Source: Rotaria socialis
Taxonomy: Eukaryota
DNA: 64,000 nt
Direction of reading: 5' to 3'
Assembly: GCA_905331485.1 (NCBI GenBank)
Contig: CAJNYT010005354.1
Location: 24,361-88,360, forward strand
This document shows positions 51,340-64,000 of the stretch, piece by piece. The notes beneath the pieces are model-generated. The model was not told the origin of the DNA and made no database searches. It worked only from the letters and a program-made list of their open reading frames with translations. The position numbers and the translations under genes were made by a program. How positions within the stretch are numbered: the first letter of the stretch is position 1; the number at the start of each line of letters is the position of its first letter.

Positions 51340-52060
51340 AATAATTCTAAGAAAAAAATTTGTTTTTTGAAAAAATCGCTGTCCCCCTCGTCAGGGATGG
51401 TCTGGTCAATAAAGACAATTTTTTCGATAACTCAGCCATTTCTTGACAGATTGCTTTCATCTTCGAACTCGACTGAGATATTAATGAGATCATTATGTGT
51501 ACAAAATTTCATGACAATTGGATGAGGCTTTCAAAGGTTATCGTGTTAACGGCCGGCCAGACACACTGACCGATTCTATAGTGTACTCACTTTTTTTGAG
51601 TACACAAAAACAATGAACAGTTGACTTCTTATATTGAAGAAGCGCATGTGCTCTTTTTGTGTACTCAAAAAGTGAGTACACTAGATTCGGTCAGTGTGTT
51701 CGGTCGTCCGTCCGTTAACATGATAACTTTTGAAAGCCTCATCCAATTGCCATGAAATTTTGCACACAGAATGATCTCATTAATATCTCAGTCGAGCTCG
51801 AAGATGAGAAGGATCCGCCAAGGAATGGCTGAGCTATCGAAAAAATGGTCATTATTGACCAAACTCCCTGAGGGAGTGCAGGGATTTTTTCAAAAAAAAA
51901 TGTTTTTCTCAAAATTATTCACAACATATATAAATCGACTCAGTTTTTAACGCTGATTCCGAATCTGTTGTTAGTTTTGAACCAAATCGTAACTTTTTAA
52001 CAGAACATCGCCTGAGAAAAGGTCTCAGATGACCAGTAGTTTTTTGGGGTTTCCCAAATG
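51340..52060. mobile_element. foldback (inverted pair) of the MITE-like repeat: left arm 51340-51600 is the reverse complement of right arm 51661-52040, around a ~60-nt spacer
   Basis: The reverse complement of 51361-51600 aligns base-for-base with 51667-51900 (tttttgtgtactcaaaaagtgagtacac...). Each arm ends in the GTGTACTC..GAGTACAC mini-palindrome, so the two arms face each other. The whole structure can fold into a perfect hairpin longer than 250 bp. Confidence 0.6.
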
Positions 52061-52645
52061 CTTGGTTTTGTAGCTAGCCAAAAGGACTATCGAAAAGTAA
52101 AAACCCGACCACGATAGCTATTAATATTGGTGATTTATTAGGAAAATACTGATGCCTGTATCTATCATATATCTCTTATAGATTCACGAGGTTGCTTACG
52201 ATCGGGATCTCGCTAGATAAAAACGCAAATCCATTCAAAAATAACTCTTCTTACCCAGTTTTCCAAGTTAGACACGAATCTGAACTCAATTTCTGTGATC
52301 TCTAAAGATATTATATCACTCTGAGAGTAGAATCAGTGGTCACCGGACAGGGTCGCATACAGTGTGGTCCATGCTAACTTAGCAAGCCTGTATTTTTTCC
52401 TTGCAATTTAGTGACAAGGGATGTATCTTGATGAGATCTATGCCTTATAGAATAAATGGGAAAACCTCGGATTTAAATCCGATGTTTCCACATTTTTTAA
52501 ATTAGAAATACCTATTTGAATGTTTGTTCTATGTCTAAGTACATTCTCAGATGTTAAAATAATCTGAGGAAAGCACTAAGAGCGCGAGAGAGTCATTAGT
52601 TATAAATATCTAGAATGTTTTTTTTTTTTATAAAAAGGACAATAC

Positions 52646-52700
52646 CCCCTCCCACAATAAAAGACCACGGGTCTTCTAATATGGGGGGAGGGGGGAGGGG
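52646..52700. repeat. C-run/G-run palindrome (CCCCCTCCC ... GGGGGGAGGGGGGAGGGGG), a potential G-quadruplex or hairpin
   Basis: The sequence reads ...caataccccctcccacaataaaagaccacgggtcttctaatatggggggaggggggagggggtag. Related C-runs CCCCCCCC(C)TCCC occur at 16541-16556 and 63527-63541. Confidence 0.6.
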
Positions 52701-54300
52701 GTAGAACACAAAATACTCTCAATCATGCACAGATTTTTTTTATAGACGCTTCCTGGAATTTATAGTGAATACCGAAGCAAAAATAATTCTTGAAAGGTGT
52801 TATTTAATTTTATAGTCAAAACATGGATTTTTCAGTCTTACTATTCATTTCTAATTTTAGGTGAATGGGTTCATTTCGAGTCACATTTTTTCTTTTAATT
52901 TCTTGTCGGTTGCCCTATGTAGGTCTATAAATGCACGATAAAAAGAAGTTGAATACGATTTTGTTAATGACAAAATATTAATACAATTTTATTCTACCTA
53001 GATTTTATGGTAAACAGCTATGGCGTAAAGTATTCAAGTTTATTTAGAGTAAATTCAAGTCACGTATAGTCATGAAACAAAAAAGAATATAAGGCGAGCG
53101 TGACATTTGACTTTGCGCATGAAAAGGTTATCGAGCAGAAAGTCATTAACCTTTTGGAAAAATATTCGAAAGATGTTTACTTTGCAATATTATATGAACT
53201 ATATGATATCAGACGTCGGGTTCAATACATTTTTTTAGGCGCAACAAACTTCACGGAATGCCATTTGGTCATGATTTATTTATTCTAAGTGAACACGGCG
53301 CGGTTCATGTCTAGTCTAAGGCTGTACATCATCAAGTTGTTTTCTTTGTCTGTTATGTTTTGTCGTATTGACCCATTCTAGATGAACATTGTTGTTTGCA
53401 GCTCATTTAGTTTAACACGTGAAAAAATTACAGCTGAATTACTTTATAGTCCAGCAATTGTAAATCTTTCACAATCGATATTATGTAATGATTACAGCGA
53501 AACAACGGTCGTACATTCATTGTTGATAAAAGTTTGAATCTAGAAAAACATGAGAAGTCGAAATGTGCGTTTTAGTAACGAATTAAAAAGATCTTTTAAA
53601 AACAATTCAATTGGAAAATTTCATTGTAGAAATTTGTAGTGAACTCTGTTAGACTTAAATTATAACTTATCTAGTTTCATAGAGAAAAGCACATCGAAAA
53701 ATAACTGAAATATCTTGTTGATAACGATGTACGAAGTTTAATTTTCCGCATAACTTAACCAACGAGATAATTACACACTTTTATTGATCAGTAGAGAGCT
53801 TTAATGACTCCTCTATGCATGTTTTAGCCATAAATACAAAATTCAAGAGTGTATATACGATTTGTCAAAGACTCGAATTCTACGATGGAAAATCGAGATA
53901 AATTTTCCGAGAGACGAGTTTTATTTCTTTTACTCTCTAAATGATTTATTTACTTATTGAGATCTATTATAAGAAATGAAGATCTCCAAAAAAACACTTT
54001 CTGAATTAGTAGGAAGCACATTTTTCATTTTCATTTTAAATATTTACTTAGACACTCGCATGTATCTAGTTATCTCCTTGTTTCTTTTGTTGCTTCGTTT
54101 TTCTTACACCAAATAGTCAACGCTTTTAGTTTGTATTTTATCTCTGTCTTTCTCAAATATCTTCAAATGAATAAGCAACAGATATCAGCATACGAAGAAA
54201 AAGAAATCTCTTATCATTTTCACTTATATTGACCCATGTTGCGTTTTTTTGTCTTTTTGTTTTTTTTATTCATTTAGCAACAATTACGAGTTATACAAAG

Positions 54301-55927
54301 ATGCCAGAGACGCCCGCAGCAACACCGACAAAAGACAATGAAGTCAAAGGTGCTGCAACGACAGCAAATGGTTCAAAGGGGAAAAAATTCGAAGGTGATG
54401 GACTTCCATTTAAAGGTAAACTCATTGGTATGGAAGATTTATCGATTGATCGCAATGAAAAAATTTGTCTCGATTCGATGTTTAAACTCAAAGCTGTTGT
54501 GAGTGCTCGCGGAGAACACAAACAAAAAGTTCAAATGAACTTAACTACAAGTGCTGTTAAAATTATCGATGACGCCACTAAAGTATTTTCAGAAAAAAAG
54601 ACTTTTTTGTTTTTAATTTTTTTTTCTCGTTGGCTGGCATATTAGGTACAAATAGCTAGTCATGAAATTGAACGTATATCATTTGTTGTTATTGATCCTC
54701 GGGATACACGAGCATTTGGATATATTTATAATACAACTGATGATCGCCATCAATTTTGGGCTATTAAAACTGAGCGAGCAGCTGCTGTAACTGTGCTTGC
54801 ACTTAAAGAGCTATTTGAGTTTGCTTTTGAACAATTTACAAATGCTGAAAAAGCTAGAGAAACAAATCAACCACCAGCTGTACCAGCGCCATCACCGGTG
54901 CAGACTGCTCCAGCACAAGTATAGATCAATTCTAGAAACTTTCAATTATTAAACTATTTGTTAAATCCCGTTTAGGCGCCAGTACCAGTTGCTACTGTCT
55001 TACCACCAACACAAACTGTGCCTGTTTCTCCACTACCACCACCACCACAATCACCACAACAACAACAACAACCACAACCACCACAACCGCTGTTTCTAAC
55101 ACCCGATGTTCCTCCAGCTGCGGCAGTGAGTTTTCTGTTTGGCTAATTTAGTTGTTTTTAAAGAAAACTCATTTCTTTTGCTTTTAGCCATCAATTATTG
55201 ATGGTGATCTTTGGGGAGACAGCACTACTACTACAACAACAACTACACAACCAAGTCAGAAACCAATGGATGATTTATTCAATTTCAATGAGACTCCTGC
55301 CGCTGTTACACAAACATCACCACCTCCACAATCAATTGACGTAAGATTTGCAAATTAAGAATGTTTTAGGTTTTCTTTTACATAATTTTATCTTATCATA
55401 TTTGGTGTGAAGTGTACGTAACGAAAACGAAAGAAAACTTTTAACATACCGATTTGACTTATTCATAGCAATTTTTCTCTCTAAATATGTAGCCATTGGC
55501 CGATATATTCGGTGGACTAACAACGGCAACAGTGATTCCTCAAGCTACGGTTCCTGTCGCAAATAATAATCCATTGTCGGATCCATGGTTTAATACGCCT
55601 CCAACACCGATACCTTCTCTACCAGTAATTAATCCAACTACTGGCTATTACACACAATCGATGAGTTATAACACTACACCAACGTATAATCAACCACCTC
55701 AAACAATGGGATATTCATCGATGCCTCCTCCTCTACAAGCACAAGCACCATCAAATTTGTTAACTCCTACTTCTACTTCACCGATTGCTCCAGCAACGGT
55801 TTCGAATCCATTTGGTGATCTTGATTTGCTCGGTCTATCTTCAAAACCAGCGAAAACAACACGTGACTTATTCTTCACTAATACACCACCAGCGAAAACA
55901 ATGCAGCAATTGCAAATGGAAAAGCAG
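54301..55927 (+). CDS. Disabled (Dab1/Dab2)-like adaptor: N-terminal PTB/PID domain plus a P/Q/T-rich tail with NPF and DPW motifs; 5 exons defined, 3' terminus unresolved
   Basis: Exons 54301-54582 (MPETP..KFEGDGLPFKGKLIGMEDLSIDRNEKICLDSMFKLKAVVSARGEHKQKVQMNLTTSAVKIID), 54646-54918 (VQIASHEIERISFVVIDPRDTRAFGYIYNTTDDRHQFWAIKTERAAAVTVLALKELFEFAFEQF..), 54976-55125, 55188-55340 and 55493-55927 (..SNPFGDLDLLGL..). The PTB matches the Dab1 PID (GDGVRYKAKLIGID..CQDSMMKLKG..KGEHKQ..HRAFGY...AIKT). A candidate last exon at 56119-56214 does not fit the splice phase. Confidence 0.7.
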
Positions 55928-56249
55928 GTTAGTATTAATTAAATCTCATAATTAAAACGAACTCTTACGAATCAATATAATATAGTTAAATGCATTTTAT
56001 CGAGTAAGTTTTCGTCTTTCTTCTATTTGTTAGAAAGTCACATTGCATGTCATTTTTCCTTTCACTTTATTCATTTTTTTAAAATTTTATTTTTTATTTT
56101 TATTCTTTTATTTTTTAGCCCTGAACAAATAAACATTGATGAACAAGACGATTTCTACAATAACAACAAGCAAACTTTTTTAATCATCTATTTGTGTGTA
56201 TTCAATAAATAAATAAAACATTTAATACATAATTATAACTATATATCCA

Positions 56250-56273
56250 TCTTCTTCTTCTTCTTCTTCTTCT
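56250..56273. repeat. (CTT)n microsatellite
   Basis: cttcttcttcttcttcttcttctt, read directly from the sequence. Confidence 0.9.
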
Positions 56274-57287
56274 TTTTGTCTATATTTATTAAAATAAAGA
56301 AAATCTATCTAAATCTCTCATCTTTTAACAACCGTCAACAACTCAATGCTTATCAACAATGTCATCATTATGTAAAATAGAAAACAGCCAATGATTTTCA
56401 TGTACATACTACATATATATATGAATGCATTTCTTCTGCAGAATAGAATATAAACTTCTGATAACTGTTAACACTTGTCGCTTCTAATGCATTAATCATC
56501 GCGATTTTCTTTTCAACAAATGACATCAAGAGTCGACACGAATGAATCATTATACACAACCAATCTTTTGAAGCTTAATAGCATAGATGACAGAAAAAAA
56601 TATTGAACAAAGCTTGTTGTTTTGCCATAAAACAAACGAAACGATAATGTCGTTACACAGAACCTAATCATCAATATAAGTTTATCATCATTTTTAGCGC
56701 TGGGTGATGACAGCGGTATCAATCCATACGAATAATATCGTTATTCTGTATATGTACAGAAAGAAAAAAGCGTAGGAATACGAGAAGAAAAAAATATACA
56801 CGTATACAGAGGTTGATCGCAAAGTGGGGGTAACAGAGAATCGTTTTTTCTCTGGCATGTGTAGTTGTGCACAACGAATCACGTAAGTAGGAGAATACAA
56901 AATTCGACTATGCCCGTTGGTATAAAATAAATGATTGTACAGGAATCATATAATGAAGAAAAAGCAAACGTTGTAATATTTATATGCGACTTATAAACTT
57001 GTTAATAACCAGAACTATGCAAAAATAATCTAACGATCGATTCATTTTCGGTATTAAGTAATAGCATAAATATTGGTTGAAAAGCCTTCATAGACATGTT
57101 GATAACTTCACCATATTGTTTTCTTTTCGCTGCGTGGGTGTATAGGCCATATAAAAAAGAAAAAGGCACACAATCAGTAAGTACATATTTCATTAGAATG
57201 TACAAACCAGAAGTTTGATCGAGAAAAAGGCTACAATAATATTTTTATTAGAAAATTATGTTTTAGATTTTACAAAAATAAAATACA

Positions 57288-59590
57288 ATGAAAAATTGTA
57301 TTATTATTATTAGTCTTTTATTTATTTCTTCATTTGAATTTTCAATATCATACCGAAAACGTAACCATCATTTCGACGAACGACTCGAACAACTGTTAGA
57401 TATTTTGAAATTACATTTTACCGAAGACTTTGACGAAACAATTACATTCGACGCAAATAATGATAATAATCCAGATTCGGTCAATACAGAACCACAAGTG
57501 GATCCTAATGATCGGGTAAATGTTGAATTATGGAATAGATTAAATGCAGAAGATGAAAAAAGAATGCCAACAATTATTGATTATTCAGATGAAGTGACTG
57601 CGACAGCATGGCTAAAATGGTATCTTCGTATAGCACAACGCCATCATCAAGTAAAATTAAAATTAAATACAGTGGAATTTATTTATATCACTTTTTCCTC
57701 CTTCTTCTTCTTCTTCTATTTAGGTAAGTGCACATCTCCATTGGAATTATGAGACAAATATCACTAAAGAAAATCAAAAATTAATGACTGCTCAAAGTCT
57801 CCTTCAGTCGCCATTTAGCCATAAAGTATTACCAATAGCAAAAAAATTTAATGAAAATTTAAAAGAATCCGAAAATGACGATTTAAAACGTATATTCGGT
57901 CGTTTAGCAACAGGTGTAGTCAGTGATAATATGGTTGAGTTGAAACAAGCGTCTAGATTACATGCACAACTAGAAAATATTTATGCAGTCGCAAAAGTTT
58001 GCGAATCAAGTGATCCTGAAAAATGTTATGCACTTTCGCCGTATTTAGAACGGGTTATGCAAGTTGAAAAAGATTATGATCGTTTAACATGGGCATGGAA
58101 AGGTTGGCACGATGAATGTGGAAATAAAGTTCGTCCAGTTTATTTATCTTATATTGATCTATTGAATAAAAATATCAAAGAAAATGGATATACTGATCTA
58201 TCTGTAAGTATCTGATTTAAATAATACATCGTTGAACGAGTTTATCAAACGTTTTTTCTTTATCAGGAATATTGGATTAAAGATTATGAGATGGGTGGCG
58301 TTGTAGAATTCGAAGGTACTATTGATCAACTCTTAAAGGACATTATGCCATTGTATGAACAATTGCACGCGTATGTTCGAGGTCGTTTATGTTCAATGTA
58401 TCCAAATCGTTTTAGTTGTAATGGACCTATTCCAGCACATATTCTCGGTTTGTTTCTTATTGTTTATAGGAAAATTTAATCTACAATCTTTTTCAGGCAA
58501 TATGTGGGCTCAAACATGGCATGATCGTTTTGATGATTTGATGCCTTATCCGGATGCGCCTCTAGTTAATATAACGGAAGTATTACTTGAGAAAAAGTTT
58601 ACGACTCATCAGATGTACACAACATCCGAATCATTTTTTACGTCGATTGGTCTTTATCCAATGACACCGAAATTTTGGGCTCGTAGTTTATTTACAAAAC
58701 CAACTGACCGTGATGTTGTTTGTCATCCAGCTGCGTCCGATATGGGATATCATGATGATTATCGTGTTAAAATTTGTACTGAAATAGACGATGATTATTT
58801 CTATACTATTCATCATGAAATGGGCCATGTAGAATATTATATGGCTTACGGTGAAAAACAATCATTTGCTTATCGAGATGGTGCTAATTCGGGTTTTCAT
58901 GAAGCCATTGGAGATACAATTGGAATGTATGCAAGTAAGATTTGTTTATTGACTGAATGATTTATTTATTTTTTTTTTATAAATTTATTATTAGTTTCGC
59001 CGTCTCATTTAATAAAATTGGGTTTTCTTGATGAAGAAGCTGTGAATCAACATTACGAAATCAATTATCTATTTCGTCTAGCATTGCAAAAAGTTGCTTT
59101 TCTGCCATTTGGCTACATAATGGATAAATATCGATTTTTACTTTTCCGCGGTAAAATCGATCGTGAACATGAATTAAATTCTCGGTGGTGGGCTTTACGT
59201 GTCTACTATGGCGGTGTCATGGCAGCTGTAGATCGAAGTGATGAAGTAAATTTTGACGCAGGTGCAAAATATCATATCCCATCGAATGTTCCGTATTTAC
59301 GATACTTTATTGCTCATATTCTTCAATTTCAATTCTATCGTGCCATGTGCCGACTGCAAGGAGTTACGGAACGATTACACATGTGCGATATATATGGTAA
59401 TAAATTTGTCGGAGCCAAATTTAAAGAAATGTTAGCTATGGGAAGTTCAAAATCATGGCAAGACATTCTAAAAGTTTTAACAGGCGAAGATAGATTAGAA
59501 TCAAAAGCTATATTGGACTTTTTCAGCCCATTAAATACATGGTTAAAAGCTGAAAATTTGGCAAGAGGCTATCCGGTTGGTTGGATGTAA
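57288..59590 (+). CDS. angiotensin-converting enzyme-like peptidyl-dipeptidase (peptidase M2), single catalytic domain, secreted, 5 exons
   Basis: Exons 57288-57650 (signal peptide MKNCIIIISLLFISSFEFS..), 57724-58203 (..HLHWNYETNIT..VCESSDPEKCYALSPYLE..LTWAWKGWHDECG), 58267-58447, 58497-58934 (GNMWAQTW..TKPTDRDVVCHPAASDMGY..YTIHHEMGHVEYYMAY..ANSGFHEAIGDTIGM) and 58995-59590 (..KVAFLPFGYIMDKYRF..AGAKYHIPSNVPYLRYFIAHILQFQFY..MCDIYGNK.., stop). HEMGH...EAIGD is the M2 zinc-binding signature. There is no C-terminal TM anchor. Confidence 0.85.
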
Positions 59591-59950
59591 TACAATTTGC
59601 ATCCAGGTTGCTTTCGAATTATTGTCTTTCTGTGATAAATATTTGATGTCTATTTGACAATATTAAAATAAACGAAACTATAATATTTAGATTTACAAAT
59701 GGGTCTATTACAATCAATCAATCAATAAAATTCAAATACTATGTTGTTTGCTACATAGAAAGCGTCCGAAAATTCTTTTACTGAATCGACTCGAATTTTG
59801 CATTAATCTTCTATATCTCAATAGAGCTTATATTTTTATTCTTCTTTAATCGAAAAAACAGTTTCATTTGGTTATGGTTGATTTAATGAAAAAAAGTAGG
59901 AAACTATCAACCTTAAAAAAGAAGTCTGTTTTTTGTTCTATTGAAAAACA

Positions 59951-60443
<493 letters not shown>

Positions 60444-62118
60444 CATCCGACATAATTATCTGAAAAATATTCAAAATAAATTTTTATTCCACACATGAAA
60501 GAGGGATCTAATTTATAAGTACAGCCTAAAAAAAAATACATACTATTTCAATATTTATCGATTCAATGCATACAAAACCTTGATTGTATGTGCTACCAGG
60601 TTAATAACTTGTCGATTCTTTAACTTATATAATAGTAAACAGTCAAGTCTTCAATTATCCAACGGTGTCTAATTTCGTGTTATAGGCCGGCCAATAGAAA
60701 ATATTTGAACGAGAAATTCGAGCGACCTCTTTTATTTGTGTCATCTTTCTTTAGCTATCATGGTACTTATTCCGATCCATAAATTTTAGAAAAGTTTTTA
60801 AAGTAGTACGATGAACAGGACCTTTGCGGCAAAATTCTTCTAACGCTAGAGCTCGAGAGCAACATTTTTGCATTATTTTGTTTTTACATCACAATATATT
60901 ATCAGCTCGAAATATATGTTCTTCGTAGATCGAAAGAGAAAATAGTTTGAATTTGAAGTTAAACTCCAGTAAATATCTTCGATTTGTATTCAGTAGACTA
61001 TCTCTCCCTGTCTAACATTAACTGATTTTAACTGTAATACTGTGGTTTGCAATTCGACTTATAATTCCTATATTTTTTGGGTAGGGGTTTGATTAAATAA
61101 CATTGATCTTTTTTTTAATAAATTAAAATTCTTTTTCGAAATGTTCATTTTGATTCAATACATCCTCCAAGACAAAAATAAATAGAAGTTGTAATAATAC
61201 GCTATTGTAAAAATTCTTGCAGAACCTATATTGATTAGGTTACAGATGAATGGCATATATTCTTAATCTGACATGGATGTAATATTTTTTTTTATTGTAG
61301 CTGTTTGAGTACAGATATGTGTTGATAATAAAGCTATTGGTGTAGCGATCGGTTCAGCAGTTGCAATATATATTTTTTTCATAAACAACCTGTTTCGATC
61401 GTTGAACTATATTTGAAAAGGAAATCTATAAATAAATTTTATCAAATCTGAATTATAATGAAAATCTCGATCGATTTTTTCAGCCGCATGGTCCCTTTCA
61501 CGTTCTACACTATGTAGCTTTGTTTGTAATGTTCCCTTCTCTACCTATACTTTTACACGGAGCGAATACCAAACCAGTACAATAAATGGAATGAAACGCA
61601 GTCAGTTTCAGTAGAAAGAATCCTATCACGTGCGCGACTTTTATATGTTTTTTGCATACCCTAGAAAAGTTTATTATAGATCTAACGATTTTCAATTATT
61701 TCTGCATTTACTATGAATGGGAGACGTAAGTCAAGAAGAGGCAACAAATACAAAACGAAAGAGATGAAAAATAACTACGAACGGGAAGGGTACCTTTTAC
61801 AATTATTCAGCCTCACTGTGCGTGATTGAGATAGAACAGGATTGGGTAGCTAGTTTTTGAACCGGTCGCTGGTCTCATGTTGTGTACAATATAAATATAC
61901 AAAACATTCATGTAGCTATGCTTACATGCACTCTCTTTCTCTCAGACAGCAAGAAGCGTACCATCATTGGATGTTAACTATTGGGCATGTTTTCTCATGT
62001 AAGCTTTATTATTATTCTACTTGTTCGCATTATGAAGTGGTTACTTGCATTGATCAAACAATCACCAGGAAGAGTGAATCCTATATAGTTTTTTGATTTT
62101 TATACATCATGAATATAG

Positions 62119-63319
62119 GTTATCGGCGAGATTATTGCTGGAGTTATCATTGGTCCTTCAGTATTGGGCAATAGTGATTTTTGGTTAACACGTGTATTTC
62201 CTCCATCATCCTGAAACTATGTTAAATTAGTTGACAACATTGGTTTTATTTTATTTATGTTCAATTTAGGTCTAGAGCTTGAACAGAAACAAATTAAACG
62301 TCAATGGGAATATTCACTTCCAATATCTATTGCTACTATTATTGTACCATATAGAGCTGGTGCAGCACTTTCTATCTATATGTATGATATTTATAATCGC
62401 GATGGATTTAAACCGCCTGATAGAACTGCATTCATTCTATTTGCAGCATCGAGTAATTATGTCATCTACTGCTTTTCCTGTACTAGCATCTATTCTTACA
62501 TCGGCTAAACTTTTATCGTCGCCAATTGGTACTCTAACAGTTAGTTGTGCAGCAATGAACAACGTGATTGGTTGGTGTTCATTGACGCTTGCTGGCACAT
62601 TTGCCAAAGGGTCAGGTATTGCTGGCTTGTGGTAAGTATAGTAAACATCAAAAAATAAACTTCAATGATTAACACAAAACTTTTTTGATATATATCTATA
62701 GGGTGATTTTAATTTCTGTTGGTTATGTTCTCTTTATGTTTATTATTGTTCGATGGTCCATTAATCGAGTACACACATTTTTAATTCAACGTAATAATGA
62801 AATGAATCATTCATTTCTTATTGGTATATTTCTTCTTCTTAGCTTGCATCGTCGTTTTTTTGTGATACACTTGATATACATTCATTTTTCGGTGCATTTA
62901 TTGTCGGTGTTATATGTCTGAAATCAGGACAATTTACTCTTGAATTATTTGAAAAAATAGAATTGATCACGGTTGAATTGTTACTACCATTATTTTTTGC
63001 TGCCAGTGGCATGAGAACAAGTTTAGGTTCGTTAAATGATAAATTGTACGGTGATATAACTGTAGTTATTTTTGCTGTTGATACTCTAGCTAAATTTCTG
63101 CCAGCAACTTTGATGACCAAATGTGTAACAAAACGTTCATGGAGATTCTCAACGAGCGTTGGTATACTAATGAATACGCGAGGTTTAATAGAACTTATTG
63201 CATTAAATATTGGCCTTCAACTTAATATTCTTTCACCCCGCCTCTTTACTATGTTTCTTATAATAGCGCTTGTAACTACATTTATGACAAGTTCACTACT
63301 TTGGCTTGTCTATCTTTGA
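62119..63319 (+). CDS. CPA2-family cation/H+ (K+/H+) antiporter of the CHX/KHA1/KefB type; 5' exons unresolved; apparent +1 frameshift near 62467
   Basis: Exons 62119-62191 (VIGEIIAGVIIGPSVLGNSDFWLT; 39-nt intron), 62231-62631 (LDNIGFILFMFNLGLELEQ...YMYDIYNRDGFKPPDRTAFILFAASSNYVI, then frame +1: TAFPVLASILTSAKLLSSPIGTLTVSCAAMNNVIGWCSLTLA..), 62702-62768 and 62843-63319 (..DTLDIHSFFGAFIVGVICLK..LLLPLFFAASGMRT..GILMNTRGLIELIALNIGL.., stop). Motifs GEI.AG...GPS.LG, TAFPVL.RIL.ELKLL, AA.ND..W and IHSiFGAF are diagnostic of plant CHX and fungal KHA1 type CPA2. Confidence 0.7.
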
Positions 63320-64000
63320 ACATACAAACCTGAAGAATTTAATAACGAGGTAAAAGATACTGAACAAGATGTTCCCGAAAACAATAATATTCAGAAATTA
63401 CCATCAACACCAATTACTATGATATTTTAAGGCAACAAATTTAATGAGTGCTTCCTTTTGTGGAACTCACATATATTTTCGAAGAAAATTGTGAGTGTAA
63501 GTTGAATTGTTAGGTTTTTGCGGCTCCCCTGTATCCCCCCCCCTCCATTACAGACATAAAACATAAAGAAACTAACACTTCAGTGCACTAATTAGATAAA
63601 ATTTTTATACAGATGGATTGCCTATGTTCACCACTACTCACATCACTAATAAAAATCTAGTCTCACTAATTAGAAATCATTATAATTAGCATTTAGTCTC
63701 TAATTAATCATCAAAAGCTGTCGTTTTTATTATTATAGCCCATAGTTACGACAGCATTATATTTTATTATTATTAAAGACATTCGCAACCAGTGTATGGT
63801 ACCGCTATAGAAACTAGTAACTAGTTTATGCTACTATTACATTCGTTACTTCTATCACCTACAATAAACAGATGAAGCTTTTAATCCTTTTTTTCTCACA
63901 CGAATACCTTATTTTAGAGCTTGAGCCCACTTTAGTGTATTTACAATTCGGAACTTTTCCATCCACTGGGAAGCTTTTATCAAATTTTCGTTTATGAAAA

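Noticed and set aside
56119-56214. A terminal exon of the Dab-like gene (PEQINIDEQDDFYNNNKQTFL...)
   Set aside because: It has a good acceptor (ttttattttttag), but the phase is incompatible with the only usable donor at 55928. The alternative at 56027 encodes only an F/L-rich tail. The 3' end is therefore left open.
61946-61998. A candidate upstream exon of the CPA2 gene (TARSVPSLDVNYWACFL)
   Set aside because: It has a good acceptor and a GTAAGC donor, but its phase cannot be joined in frame to the exon at 62119, so the 5' end was left unresolved.
62453-62486. A 34-nt intron in the CPA2 gene (GTAATT...ACTAG) to explain the frame change
   Set aside because: It would delete the conserved STAFPVLA motif that is plainly encoded there in the +1 frame. 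A single-base indel is the simpler explanation.

Overview
This window is eukaryotic (metazoan-type) nuclear DNA: about 68% AT, gene-dense (roughly one gene per 4-5 kb), with spliced genes and GT..AG introns mostly 35-75 nt long. The six-frame ORF track uses alternative start codons, so many of its 'M' residues are not ATG. From conserved protein motifs and manually traced splice junctions I reconstructed about 15 protein-coding genes. They are listed with their exons in features; the most notable are two tail-to-tail major vault protein paralogs, a plant/fungal-type CPA2 cation/H+ antiporter with an apparent 1-nt frameshift, a GT47-only exostosin and a KDM2-like demethylase with no detectable F-box/LRR. 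Non-genic content includes a ~400-bp MITE-like repeat family: one copy sits in sulfite oxidase intron 2, and a ~700-bp inverted pair forms a foldback downstream of the GPCR. There is also a 6-kb gene-poor interval (42.4-48.5 kb) with a cluster of GTTCGGAA-type short inverted repeats and a GC-richer island flanked by 15-bp direct repeats. Simple-sequence repeats are common, and an unusual C-run motif (CCCCCCCCTCC) recurs three times. There is no rRNA, tRNA, CRISPR or prokaryotic operon structure. The compactness, intron size and AT content suggest a rotifer-like or other compact invertebrate genome, but taxonomy cannot be fixed from sequence alone. All coordinates are hand-derived and approximate to within a few nucleotides at splice sites.
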